Assembly: GCA_965232515.1 (NCBI GenBank)
Contig: CBDDPY010000002.1
Coordinates: 5,472,001-5,536,000, forward strand
Length of the DNA: 64,000 nt
Reading direction: 5' to 3'
Origin: Alphaproteobacteria bacterium
GTDB taxonomy: Bacteria; Pseudomonadota; Alphaproteobacteria; GCA-2731375
The notes beneath the pieces are model-generated. The model was not told where the DNA came from. It made no database searches and saw nothing but the letters and a program-made list of their open reading frames with translations. Both the position numbers and the translations under genes were made by a program. This document shows, in pieces, positions 21,587 through 31,168 of this stretch (the first letter of the stretch is position 1; the number at the start of each line of letters is the position of its first letter).

Positions 21587-22480
21587 ATGCGTTGGGTATT
21601 GCACCTGGCGTCGATCGGGATCGCGACGGGCGTGCTGGCGGCCTGCGCGACGACCGATCCGGACGCCATTGCCGAAATGGAAGTCAAGGGCGGCGGGTTC
21701 GAGAAGGCGCTGCATGCGCAATATGTCCGGTTGGCCCGGACCGAACGCGAGAAGCTCGACTGGCGCGACAGCGACCATTTCGCCGGCAAGGCGCAGATCG
21801 TGGCGAACACAGGCGCCGTCGAGCCGGACGTGATCATTGCCAGCAAGTTGCCGGACGACAAGGTCGCCGACCTGGTGGCGGCGCGCGGGCGTCTGACCGA
21901 TGCGCTATCCGGTGGCGGCAGCAAGAAGGCGCCGTTCGCGGCGGCCCGGGCGCAGACATCGTTCGATTGCTGGATGAAGGCGCAGGAAGACTTCCTCGCT
22001 TCGGACCAGATCGCCGACTGCCGGCAGCAATTCGAGGCCGCGATGGCCGCGCTCGACAAGGCCATGGCGGTTCAGCCCGTGGCCGAGGAGGCGCCGAAGC
22101 CGGCGCCGACGCCCGCGCCGGCACAACAGGCCGCCGCGGCGCCGGATGTCGACGGCTTGTACATCATCTTCTTCGATCTCAACGACACCGAGCTGAACGC
22201 GGCCGGCCGGCAGGTGATCGAGAAGGTTGCCGCGGACTTCGCGCTGGCCAAGCCCGAACGGGTCGTGATCGCCGGCCATGCCGACAAATCCGGAACGCTC
22301 GCTTATAACCGCGACATTTCGCTGCGCCGGGCGCAGAACGTGGCGCACGCGTTGATCGTCGCCGGCATGCCGTCCGAGCCGTTGATGTTGGAGGAGTTCG
22401 GCGAGAGCAAGCCGCTGCGCGCCACCGACGACGGCGCCGCCGAAGGCAAGAACCGGCGCGTCGAAATCGTGTTCTTCTAG
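21587..22480 (+). CDS. OmpA-family lipoprotein
   Basis: Lipobox LAAC; AQTSFDCW domain; Pro/Ala linker; GHADKSG..YNRDISLRRA..NRRVEI OmpA C-domain. Confidence 0.9.
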   Translation: MRWVLHLASIGIATGVLAACATTDPDAIAEMEVKGGGFEKALHAQYVRLARTEREKLDWRDSDHFAGKAQIVANTGAVEPDVIIASKLPDDKVADLVAARGRLTDALSGGGSKKAPFAAARAQTSFDCWMKAQEDFLASDQIADCRQQFEAAMAALDKAMAVQPVAEEAPKPAPTPAPAQQAAAAPDVDGLYIIFFDLNDTELNAAGRQVIEKVAADFALAKPERVVIAGHADKSGTLAYNRDISLRRAQNVAHALIVAGMPSEPLMLEEFGESKPLRATDDGAAEGKNRRVEIVFF

Positions 22481-22499
22481 CATCGGGGGAGTCGGCCTC

Positions 22500-23507
22500 A
22501 TGGCGGCGACGGTCCCGCTGATTGACATCGCGCCCTACCGCATGGGCGGACCGGAAGAAAAGCAACGCGTCGCGGCCGCGATCGACGGCGCCTGCCGCGA
22601 AATCGGTTTTCTGGTCGTCGAGGGCCATGGCGTCGATCCTGATCTGATCGCCGAGATGCATCGCGTCAGCCATGCCTACTTCGCCCGGCCGTTCTGGGAG
22701 AAGATGCGCTTCAAGATGCCGCCGGACCGCTATCGCGGCTACACGCCCTACGGCGCCGAGAGCCTGTCCTACAGCCTGGACGAGGTCGCGCCGCCCGATT
22801 GGAAGGAATCCTTTTCCATCGGCCGTTTCGGCCATGCCTATGACGCCTATCATTTCGGGCCCGCCGGCGCGCGCTATTTCGCGCCGAACTTCTGGCCGGA
22901 CGAGCCCGCCGACATGCGGCCGATCTGGGAAGCCTATTACGGCGAGATGGAGCGGCTGGCGACGGATCTGATGCGGCTGTTCGCGCTCGGCCTCGACCTC
23001 GACGAGCATTGGTTCGACGACAAGATCGACCGCCACATCACCAACTTCTCGGTGATCCACTATCCCGGCCAGACCGACGCCGCGCCGAAACCGGGCCAGC
23101 TGCGCGCCGGCGCCCATTCCGACTACGGCAGCCTGACGATCGTCCATACCGACACCGATGTCGGCGGGCTCGAGGTCCGGCGCCGCGACGGCGATTGGGA
23201 AACCGTGCCCTGCATCCCGGGCGCCTTCGTGGTCAATCTCGGCGACCTGATGGCGGAGTGGACCAACGACCGCTGGGTCTCGACGCTGCATCGCGTCGCC
23301 AATCCGCCGCGCGACCGTGCCGCCGAGAGCAAGACCTCGCTCCTGTTCTTCCACCAGCCCAACTACGATGCTGTCGTCGAGTGCATCCCCACCTGTGCCG
23401 GCCCCGACAACCCGCCGAAATACGAGCGCACGACGTCGGGCGAGCACGTCACCATGAAGATCAACAAGCACCGCACCGTCGACGCCACGATCAAGCCCGA
23501 CGAATGA
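22500..23507 (+). CDS. 2OG-Fe(II) oxygenase, isopenicillin N synthase-like family
   Basis: HSDYGSLT, NLGDLMAEWTND and STLHRV motifs. The usual RxS appears as KTS. Confidence 0.9.
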   Translation: MAATVPLIDIAPYRMGGPEEKQRVAAAIDGACREIGFLVVEGHGVDPDLIAEMHRVSHAYFARPFWEKMRFKMPPDRYRGYTPYGAESLSYSLDEVAPPDWKESFSIGRFGHAYDAYHFGPAGARYFAPNFWPDEPADMRPIWEAYYGEMERLATDLMRLFALGLDLDEHWFDDKIDRHITNFSVIHYPGQTDAAPKPGQLRAGAHSDYGSLTIVHTDTDVGGLEVRRRDGDWETVPCIPGAFVVNLGDLMAEWTNDRWVSTLHRVANPPRDRAAESKTSLLFFHQPNYDAVVECIPTCAGPDNPPKYERTTSGEHVTMKINKHRTVDATIKPDE

Positions 23508-23523
23508 CAGCGCCACTAACCGC

Positions 23524-23603
23524 CATCCTGGCCTTCGCCAGGATGACGGTAAGGGCTTGAAGTTAATCACAATTCGTCTTTGCCGGGCTTGACCCGGCAA
23601 TCC
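23524..23603. repeat. CGTC-tagged REP doublet
   Basis: CATCCTGGC-CTTC-GCCAGGATGACG, a 26-bp AT-rich spacer, then CGTCTTTGCCGGGCTTGACCCGGCAATCC; between convergent genes. Confidence 0.75.
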
Positions 23604-23609
23604 GGTTGA

Positions 23610-24056
23610 TCAGCCGCCGGACTCGCCGACCAACGCTTCGGCCAGGCCGATGACGCGCGTCGTCTCCCGCCACAGGTCGTAGACGTCGAGGCCGGTGCGC
23701 GGGGCCCAACATACGCCGGCCGCGTCGCTCCCGGCCCGCGGCTCGCCGGCGCGCCACACGGCGGCCACGTCGATCAGCGTGTAGTGGTAGCGCACGCGGC
23801 CGCTCTCGTCGCGCTGGATCGAGTCGACAGTGTCGATCAGGCCGACGATGTCGATGTCGACGCCGGTCTCTTCCGCGACCTCGCGTCGCGCCGCCTCGTG
23901 CACGGTCTCGCCCAGTTCCTGCACGCCGCCCGGCAGGCTCCACTGGCCCTGCCGCGGCGGCTTGCCGCGCTGGATCAACAGCACCTCAGGGCCCTTGAAG
24001 ACGACGATGCCAATGCCGACGATCGGTCGGTCGGGATAGCTGCGGTCGTCGGTCAT
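23610..24056 (-). CDS. NUDIX hydrolase
   Basis: Nudix box GGVQELGETVHEAARREVAEETG. Confidence 0.92.
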   Translation of the reverse strand: MTDDRSYPDRPIVGIGIVVFKGPEVLLIQRGKPPRQGQWSLPGGVQELGETVHEAARREVAEETGVDIDIVGLIDTVDSIQRDESGRVRYHYTLIDVAAVWRAGEPRAGSDAAGVCWAPRTGLDVYDLWRETTRVIGLAEALVGESGG

Positions 24057-24065
24057 CGCGGCCGG

Positions 24066-25760
24066 TCAGTCGTCCGCCGCGTCGCCGTAGTGACGCCGCA
24101 GATAGGCATCGCTGAACTTGCCGCTGGCACGGTCTTCCGCCAACAGGGCTGGGTCGCGTTCGCCCGGCGGACCGTAGCCGCCGGCGCCCGGCGTCTCCAC
24201 GACGACGGCGGCGTCGGGGCCGATAACGATTCCGGCCGGCTTGTCCTCCAGCGCTTCGTCGCCGTCCGCTCTGCGCAGCAGGAACCGGCCGGTGGCGCCA
24301 TCGCCGCCGCCGAAGATGCCCCAGGGCCGGTGCTGGAAGCGCTCGCCCATGCCGTTGAACACGGTCTCGTGGCCGACCGGGCGGACCACCCGGCGCAGGC
24401 CCATGCCGCCGCGATGCTTGCCGGGGCCGCCGGAATCCTCGATCAGGCCGTAACTCTCGACCAGCAGCGGATATTCCATTTCGATGGCTTCCACAGGCAG
24501 GTTCGAGGTGTTGGTGATATGCACCTGCACGCCGTCCTTGCCGTCCCTATGGGCGCGGCCGCCGAAGCCGCCGCCCAGCGTCTCCAGATAGACATAGTCG
24601 CGTCCGGTCTTGGGGTCGGCGCCGAAGAACACGGCCGTCACGTTGGCGCCGTTGGCGGCGCCAACGGCCTGTTCCGGCAATGCCTGGGCCAGCGCGCCGA
24701 TCAGCACGTCGATGATGCGCTGCGCGGTGTTCGCTCGGCCGGCGACTGCCGCCGGGAAGCTGGCGTTGACGATTGTGGCCGGCGGCGCGGTGATGTCGAC
24801 GGCGCGGATCAGGCCGTCGTTGTTCGGGATCTCGGGGTCCAACATGCCTTTCAGCACGTAGTAGACCGCCGATTGCGTGGCGTTCAGGGTGACGTTGACG
24901 TTGCCCTTGACCTGCGCGCCGCTGCCGTCGAAGTCAAAAGCAATGCGGTCGCCGGCGACGTCGACGCGCACGGCGATGGCGATGTCCTCGGCGCCCATGC
25001 CGTCGTTGTCCAACACGTCGCGGAAGCTGTAGCTGCCGTCGGGAATGCCGCGGATGGCCTCGCGGATGCGGTTTTCGGTGCGGTCCATGATCGCCGTGAA
25101 GCCGGCCGCCAGCGTCTCGAAATCGTAGCGCTCGGCCAGCTCCAGCACCCGCCGCGTGCCCAGCTTGCAGGCCGCGACCTGGGCGAAATAGTCGCCGCGC
25201 CGCTCCTCGGGCACACGCACGTTCAGCAGCAGCAGGTCGAAGACGTCGCGCACCAGCTCGCCGCGGCTGAACAGTTTGACCACGGGAATGCGCAGGCCTT
25301 CCTGGTAGATCTCGGTCATGCCGCCGGCCATGCTGCCGGGCGACATGCCGCCGATATCGGCGTGATGCGCCAGGTTGCACATGAAGCAGAGCAGCCGGCC
25401 CTCCAGGAACACGGGCATGGCCAGATTCACGTCCGGCAGGTGCGTGCCGCCGCCGGCATAGGGATCGTTGGCCACGAAGATGTCGCCTTCGCGGATCTCG
25501 TCGGCCGGAAATTTTTCCAGCAGCTTCTGCATCAGCCCCAGCATCGAGGCGAGATGCACCGGCAGGGAGTTCTCGGCCTGCACGATCAGCCGGCCCTGCG
25601 GATCCATCAAACAGGTCGAATGGTCCCGCCGCTCCTTGATGTTGGTGGAGTAGGCGGCCTTGGTGATGGCGATATAGGTCTCGTCCGTGATCGAGCGCAG
25701 GCCGTTGAACAGGATCTCCAACGTGATCGGATCGACCGTCATAGCGGGTTTATCGCTCAT
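24066..25760 (-). CDS. Hydantoinase B/oxoprolinase family protein
   Basis: STNIKERRDHS, NDPYAGGGTHLPD, HHADIGG, SGGPGKHRGG and TPGAGGYG motifs. Confidence 0.92.
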   Translation of the reverse strand: MSDKPAMTVDPITLEILFNGLRSITDETYIAITKAAYSTNIKERRDHSTCLMDPQGRLIVQAENSLPVHLASMLGLMQKLLEKFPADEIREGDIFVANDPYAGGGTHLPDVNLAMPVFLEGRLLCFMCNLAHHADIGGMSPGSMAGGMTEIYQEGLRIPVVKLFSRGELVRDVFDLLLLNVRVPEERRGDYFAQVAACKLGTRRVLELAERYDFETLAAGFTAIMDRTENRIREAIRGIPDGSYSFRDVLDNDGMGAEDIAIAVRVDVAGDRIAFDFDGSGAQVKGNVNVTLNATQSAVYYVLKGMLDPEIPNNDGLIRAVDITAPPATIVNASFPAAVAGRANTAQRIIDVLIGALAQALPEQAVGAANGANVTAVFFGADPKTGRDYVYLETLGGGFGGRAHRDGKDGVQVHITNTSNLPVEAIEMEYPLLVESYGLIEDSGGPGKHRGGMGLRRVVRPVGHETVFNGMGERFQHRPWGIFGGGDGATGRFLLRRADGDEALEDKPAGIVIGPDAAVVVETPGAGGYGPPGERDPALLAEDRASGKFSDAYLRRHYGDAADD

Positions 25761-27805
25761 GCGCCGATCTCCACGATCAGATTGCCGGCGGCGTCGACGC
25801 GCAGGTCGTCGCCGGGAAAAAGCAAGGTGGTGGTGTCGAGCTGGTCGACGATCGCCGGCCCGGTGATGCGGTGACCGGGCGCCAGCACCGTGCGATCGAA
25901 TACCGGCGTCCGTTCCACCGTCTCGGCCGTGAACCGCACGTCGCGCCGTTCGAACGGTTCGGGCGATCCGTCCGGATCGCCGGCCACGGCCGGCGCGTCG
26001 TCATGCCGCAGCCTGACCACGGCGGTCAGTCGCACATTGACGATCTCCACCGGGTCGTCGGGATTGTGAAAGCCGTAACTGCGGTCGTGCACCGCGAAGA
26101 ACCGTCGGCGCAGCTCGTCGGCGTCCGCCGCCTGCGCCGCCGCGGCGTCCATCTCCACCGCCAGCTCGTAGTTCTGGCCGACATAGCGCATGTCGAGCCG
26201 TACCAGCCGCTCGCGGGCATCGGCTGGCGCCTGCTGACCGGTGAACCAGGTTTCGGCCCGATCGCCGAGCTCGGCCAAAACACGCCGGACCTCGGCGATT
26301 TCAGTGTCGTTGACGCGGGTCAGACGGCTCAGCACGAAGCTCTCGCTGAGGTCCGAGACCACCAGCCCTTGGGCGCAGAGGATGCCCGGCGACGGCGGCA
26401 CGATGAACGATTTTATGCCGAGTTCGCGGGCGACGTCGGCGGCGTGCAGCGGTCCGGCGCCGCCAAAAGCCAGCAGCGCGAAATCGCGCGGATCGTGGCC
26501 GCGCTCGACCGAAATCGCGCGCAGGGCGCGGACCATGTTGGCGACGACGATGCCGATCACGCCGTGGGCGGTGCGTTCGACCGGCATTTCCAGCCGTTCG
26601 GCCAGCGGCTTGAAGGCCTGCCGCGCCGCGTCGAGGTCCATCGGCATGCCGCCGCCCAACAGGCCCTTCGGCGACAGCCGGCCCAGCACCAAGTTGGCGT
26701 CGGTCACGGTCGGCTCGGTGCCGCCGGTGCCGTAACAGGCCGGTCCCGGCGCGGCGCCGGCGCTGACCGGCCCCACCTTCAGCAGCCCGTCGCGGTCGAA
26801 CCAGGCGATCGAGCCCCCGCCGGCGCCGACGGCGTTGATGTCGATACTCGCGAGCCGGGTCGGATAGCCCTCGATCCATCGCTCATACGACATGTCGGCG
26901 GCGCCGTCGCGGATCAGGCAGACATCCGCGCTGGTGCCGCCCATATCCAGCGTGATGACGTCCCGCACGCCGGCGCGCTTGGCGATATGGATGGCGCCCA
27001 CCGCGCCCGCGGCCGGACCCGACAGCGCCGTGCGCACCGGCAGCTCGCGGGCCCGCTCCGGCGACATCAGGCCGCCGGCCGACTGGTTGATGCCGAGCTC
27101 GGCCCGCGGCGTGGCGGCGCTCAGCGCCGCCTCGAAATCGCGCAGATAGGTGGCCATGACCGGCTGCAGATAGGCGTTCAGCACCGTCGTCGACAGCCGT
27201 TCGTACTCCCGGAACTCGGGCTGCGCGTCGGACGAGATCGTCACATGCAGGTCCGGCAGTGCCGCAGTCAGCGCGTCGCGCAGCCGCCGCTCGTGCGCCG
27301 GATTGAGGAACGAGAACAGAAAGCAGATGGCGCAACCCTCGGCGCCGCTGGCCTGCACCTCGGCGATCAGGCGGTCGATCTCGGCCTGGCTTAGCGCTGT
27401 GCGCACCGCGCCGTCGGCCATCACTCGCTCGGCCGCCTCCAGCCGCCGTTGGCGCGGCACCAGCGGCGGCGGATAGTCCTTCTGCAGGTCGAACATATGC
27501 GGCCGGATCTGCCGGCCGATCTCCAGCAGGTCGCGGAATCCCGCCGTCGTCACCAGCGCCAGCTTGCCGCCCTTGCCCTGGATCAGCGCGTTCGTCGCCA
27601 CCGTCGTGCCGTGCGACAGCCGGGCGACCTGGCCCAGGTCGATGTCGTGACGCGCGGCCATCTCCTTGACGCCCTCGATCACGGCCCGGGCCGGATTGTC
27701 GGGCGTCGACGGTGTTTTGTGCACCCGCACCGCGCCGCCGCCCTCCTCGAAGGCGTAGAAGTCGGTGAAGGTGCCGCCGACGTCGACACCGATAATCCAG
27801 CCCAT
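25757..27805 (-). CDS. Hydantoinase A/oxoprolinase family protein (ATP-binding subunit)
   Basis: GVDVGGTFTD, HGTTVATNA, SGPAAG, DMGGTS and GAGGGS motifs; AGGAGGGG RBS before ATG 27805. Confidence 0.92.
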   Translation of the reverse strand: MGWIIGVDVGGTFTDFYAFEEGGGAVRVHKTPSTPDNPARAVIEGVKEMAARHDIDLGQVARLSHGTTVATNALIQGKGGKLALVTTAGFRDLLEIGRQIRPHMFDLQKDYPPPLVPRQRRLEAAERVMADGAVRTALSQAEIDRLIAEVQASGAEGCAICFLFSFLNPAHERRLRDALTAALPDLHVTISSDAQPEFREYERLSTTVLNAYLQPVMATYLRDFEAALSAATPRAELGINQSAGGLMSPERARELPVRTALSGPAAGAVGAIHIAKRAGVRDVITLDMGGTSADVCLIRDGAADMSYERWIEGYPTRLASIDINAVGAGGGSIAWFDRDGLLKVGPVSAGAAPGPACYGTGGTEPTVTDANLVLGRLSPKGLLGGGMPMDLDAARQAFKPLAERLEMPVERTAHGVIGIVVANMVRALRAISVERGHDPRDFALLAFGGAGPLHAADVARELGIKSFIVPPSPGILCAQGLVVSDLSESFVLSRLTRVNDTEIAEVRRVLAELGDRAETWFTGQQAPADARERLVRLDMRYVGQNYELAVEMDAAAAQAADADELRRRFFAVHDRSYGFHNPDDPVEIVNVRLTAVVRLRHDDAPAVAGDPDGSPEPFERRDVRFTAETVERTPVFDRTVLAPGHRITGPAIVDQLDTTTLLFPGDDLRVDAAGNLIVEIGA

Positions 27806-28031
27806 TCTGAGCTCCCCCTCCTTGCTCGGCCCGAGATCGCACCTATCCCGATTACCGGCCGGGCCTGAGATTACCGCGCTGATGCGTTGACGCAAGCGCC
27901 GCCCGACCGGCAAACTTACCGGTACAAAAACGGCCGTTCGTCTGTTAGACCTGTCGCGCCGAACAAAAAAACAACAATCAAGCCGCGCTGCTGTTCGGCG
28001 CGGAATCAGCGTTCCCAACGGGGAGGAGAAT

Positions 28032-29171
28032 ATGCGACCCATCATTTCAACGGCGGCTGCCATTGTCGCCATCACCGGCATTTCGGCGACCGCCATCGCC
28101 GCCGACGTCAATCTGCCGAAACGCATGACCTGGACGGCTTATGGCACAACGGCCTCGGGCTACGCCCAGTCTGTCGCCATCGGCAACGCGCTCAAATCCG
28201 CCTACGGCATGGATATGCGCGTCATTCCGGGCAAGAACGATGTCTCGCGCATGGCGCCTCTGCGCGACGGCAAGGCCGATTTCTGCGCCTGCGGCGTCGC
28301 CGCCTATTTCGGCCAGGAAGGCGTGCTGCTGTTCGCGTCCAACGAATGGGGACCGCAGCCGCTGCGCGTGGTGATGACGGCGATCGGCACCAACAATCTG
28401 TCGCTCGCCACGGCCAAGGACGCCAACATCAAGACCATGGCCGACTTGAAGGGCAAGCGGGTCTCCTGGGTCCGGGCCGGCGACGCGCTGAACTGGAACG
28501 TGGCCGCCAACCTCGCCTTTGCCGGGCTCAGCTGGGACGATGTCGAGAAGGTCGAGGTCTCCGGCTTCAAGGCCTCGGTCGACGCCATTATCAACGGCCA
28601 GTCCGATGCCGCGTTCATGAGCACGGTCACGCCACATGCCAAGCGTCTCGCGGCATCGCCGCGCGGGATCCACTGGCCGCCGCTGCCGCATGACGACGCC
28701 GCCGGCTGGGAGCGGACCATGAAGGCCGCGCCGGTCTATCAGCAGCACGTCGCCACCGCGGGCGCCGATATCTCGGCCGAGAGCCCGCACATGGGCGCGG
28801 TCTATCCCTATCCGATCCTGGTCACGAACCAGAACATGGACGCCGACACGGTCTATGCGCTGACCAAGGGCATCATCATGCAGTTCGACGCCTACAAGGA
28901 CGCGGCGCCGGGTGCCGCCGGCTGGTCGGTCTCGAAGCAGAACATGACCTGGGCGATGCCCTATCATGAAGGCTCGATCCGCTACTGGAAGGAGATCGGC
29001 GTCTGGACCGACGAGGCGCAGAAGCACAACGACATGCTGATCAAGCGCCAGCAGGTTATCGCCGGCGCCTGGAAGCAGGTCGCCGGCATGTCGACCGAGG
29101 ACATCAAGGCCAAATGGCCGGCCATCCGCTCGGCGGCGCTGAAAGGAGCCGGGTTCGACCCCGTCTTTTGA
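28032..29171 (+). CDS. TAXI-family TRAP transporter solute-binding protein
   Basis: Signal peptide; DLKGKRV and PYHEGSIRYWKE motifs; adjacent fused TRAP permease. Confidence 0.85.
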   Translation: MRPIISTAAAIVAITGISATAIAADVNLPKRMTWTAYGTTASGYAQSVAIGNALKSAYGMDMRVIPGKNDVSRMAPLRDGKADFCACGVAAYFGQEGVLLFASNEWGPQPLRVVMTAIGTNNLSLATAKDANIKTMADLKGKRVSWVRAGDALNWNVAANLAFAGLSWDDVEKVEVSGFKASVDAIINGQSDAAFMSTVTPHAKRLAASPRGIHWPPLPHDDAAGWERTMKAAPVYQQHVATAGADISAESPHMGAVYPYPILVTNQNMDADTVYALTKGIIMQFDAYKDAAPGAAGWSVSKQNMTWAMPYHEGSIRYWKEIGVWTDEAQKHNDMLIKRQQVIAGAWKQVAGMSTEDIKAKWPAIRSAALKGAGFDPVF

Positions 29172-29181
29172 TTAGCCACGG

Positions 29182-31167
29182 ATGAGCAATCCGGAAACGG
29201 ATGGAAAGCCGGCGACGACGGAACATCGTTATCGCCGGCTTTCCCGCCTCTGGCAGGCCGTTTTACTGGCGGCGACGGTGCTGTCGGTCATCGTCACGGT
29301 CTATCAGCTCTTCAATCTCGGCAACACGATCGGCCTTGTCGCCATCGACACGCAGTACTTCTACGCCCTGCTTGGCGTGCTGCTGCCGCTCGCCTTCATC
29401 ATCTTTCCGGCCTATGCCGGCGCCCGCGAAGGCGTGCCGTTTTATGACGTGCTTCTGTTCCTCGTCGCCATCTCGCTGAACGGCTATTTCCTCTGGTACG
29501 CCCGCGACATCGTCGATCTCGGGTGGGAGTACGCGGCGCCCGACCACATTCAATACGCGGCCATGCTGTTGTGGTTGCTGGTGCTGGAAGCGACGCGCCG
29601 GGCCGGCGGCATGCCGGTGTTCCTGGTCGTCTTCGTGATCTCGCTCTATCCGGTCTATGCCGGCTTCGCGCCCGGTCCCTTCGAAGCCGTGAACGAGACC
29701 TTCGGCGATACCGTCGCCTATCACGCGGTCTCCAGCGAATCCATCCTGGGCATCCCGTTCCGCGCCTTCGCCAATCTGGTGGTCGGGTTCCTGATGTTTG
29801 GCGTCGCCCTGCAGCACACGGGCGGCGGCAGGTTCTTCCTGAACCTGGCCTTCGCCCTGCTGGGTCATGTCCGCGGCGGCCCGGCCAAGGTAGCGATCTT
29901 CGCCTCCGGCCTGATGGGCTCGATGAGCGGCAGCGTCATCACCAACGTGCTGACCACGGGCGCCATGTCGATCCCGGCCATGAAGCGGATCGGCTTCGCG
30001 CCGCACTATGCGGGCGGCGTCGAGGCCTGCGCGTCGACCGGCGGCGTTCTGATGCCGCCGATCATGGGCGCCACGGCCTTCGTCATGGCGATCTATCTGG
30101 AGGTGCCCTATTCCGAAATCGTCATCGCCGCGGTGATCCCGTCGCTGTTGTATTTCTTCGGCCTGTTCATGCAGATCGATGCCTATGCCGCGCGCTCCGG
30201 CCTTAAGGGCCTGCCGCGCGAGGAGCTGCCGTCGCTCGCCCAGACCATGAAGGAAGGCTGGCACTACATCACCGTCTTCATCCTGCTGATCTGGATGCTG
30301 TTGTTCCTGCAGCGCGAGGCCTTGGCGCCGTACTACGCGACGGTGCTGCTGATCGTCGTCAATCAGGTCGCCTCCAAGCAGAGCCGCTGGGGCTGGACGC
30401 AGCTGCGCGATTTCGTCGTCGGCACGGGTCGGCTGTTCACCGAACTGGCCGCGATCCTGGCAGGCGTCGGCCTGATCGTCGGCGCGCTGTCGTTCACCGG
30501 CAAGGTCGGCACGCTCGCCTTCGAGCTGCTGTCGCTCGCCGGCGATTCCGTGCTGCTGTTGCTGATGATGGGCGCGGTCGCCAGCTTCATCATGGGCATC
30601 GGCGTCACCGTGACCGTGGCCTACATCATCCTCGCCATCACGCTGGCGCCGGCGTTGTCGAATGCCGGCCTCAATCCCATGGCCGTGCATATGTTCATGC
30701 TCTACTGGGGCATGCTGTCGTTCATCACGCCGCCGGTGGCGCTCGGCGCCTTTGCCGCCGCCAGCCTCGCGCGATCCGACCCCATGCGCACCGGCTTCGA
30801 GGCCATGCGATTGGGCTCGGTGATCTATTTCATCCCGTTCTTTTTCGTGCTGAACCCGGCGCTGATCATGCAAGGCAGCTTTGTCGAGGTCATGGCCGTC
30901 TTGATCCCGGCGCTGATCGGGGTGATCCTGTTGGCCGGCAGCCTGCAGGGCTGCGTGCTCGGCGTCGGCGACCTCACGACCAGTCCCGTTTTGGGCTGGC
31001 CGCTGCGGGCCGTCCTGCTGGTCGCGGCGCTGCTGTTCGTCACGCCCGGTGGCGAGCTGACAGGCTATGGACATCTGGAACTGAGCCTGGCGGCGCTGGT
31101 TCTGGCAGTGCCGGCGCTGGCGATTGCCTGGTTTGCCAATCGCGGGGTCCGGCGAGCGGAGGCGTGA
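29182..31167 (+). CDS. TRAP transporter fused permease (4TM/12TM)
   Basis: RGGPAKVA, GSMSGS, EACASTGGVLMPPIMGA and ITPPVAL motifs. Confidence 0.92.
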   Translation: MSNPETDGKPATTEHRYRRLSRLWQAVLLAATVLSVIVTVYQLFNLGNTIGLVAIDTQYFYALLGVLLPLAFIIFPAYAGAREGVPFYDVLLFLVAISLNGYFLWYARDIVDLGWEYAAPDHIQYAAMLLWLLVLEATRRAGGMPVFLVVFVISLYPVYAGFAPGPFEAVNETFGDTVAYHAVSSESILGIPFRAFANLVVGFLMFGVALQHTGGGRFFLNLAFALLGHVRGGPAKVAIFASGLMGSMSGSVITNVLTTGAMSIPAMKRIGFAPHYAGGVEACASTGGVLMPPIMGATAFVMAIYLEVPYSEIVIAAVIPSLLYFFGLFMQIDAYAARSGLKGLPREELPSLAQTMKEGWHYITVFILLIWMLLFLQREALAPYYATVLLIVVNQVASKQSRWGWTQLRDFVVGTGRLFTELAAILAGVGLIVGALSFTGKVGTLAFELLSLAGDSVLLLLMMGAVASFIMGIGVTVTVAYIILAITLAPALSNAGLNPMAVHMFMLYWGMLSFITPPVALGAFAAASLARSDPMRTGFEAMRLGSVIYFIPFFFVLNPALIMQGSFVEVMAVLIPALIGVILLAGSLQGCVLGVGDLTTSPVLGWPLRAVLLVAALLFVTPGGELTGYGHLELSLAALVLAVPALAIAWFANRGVRRAEA

Positions 31168-31168
31168 G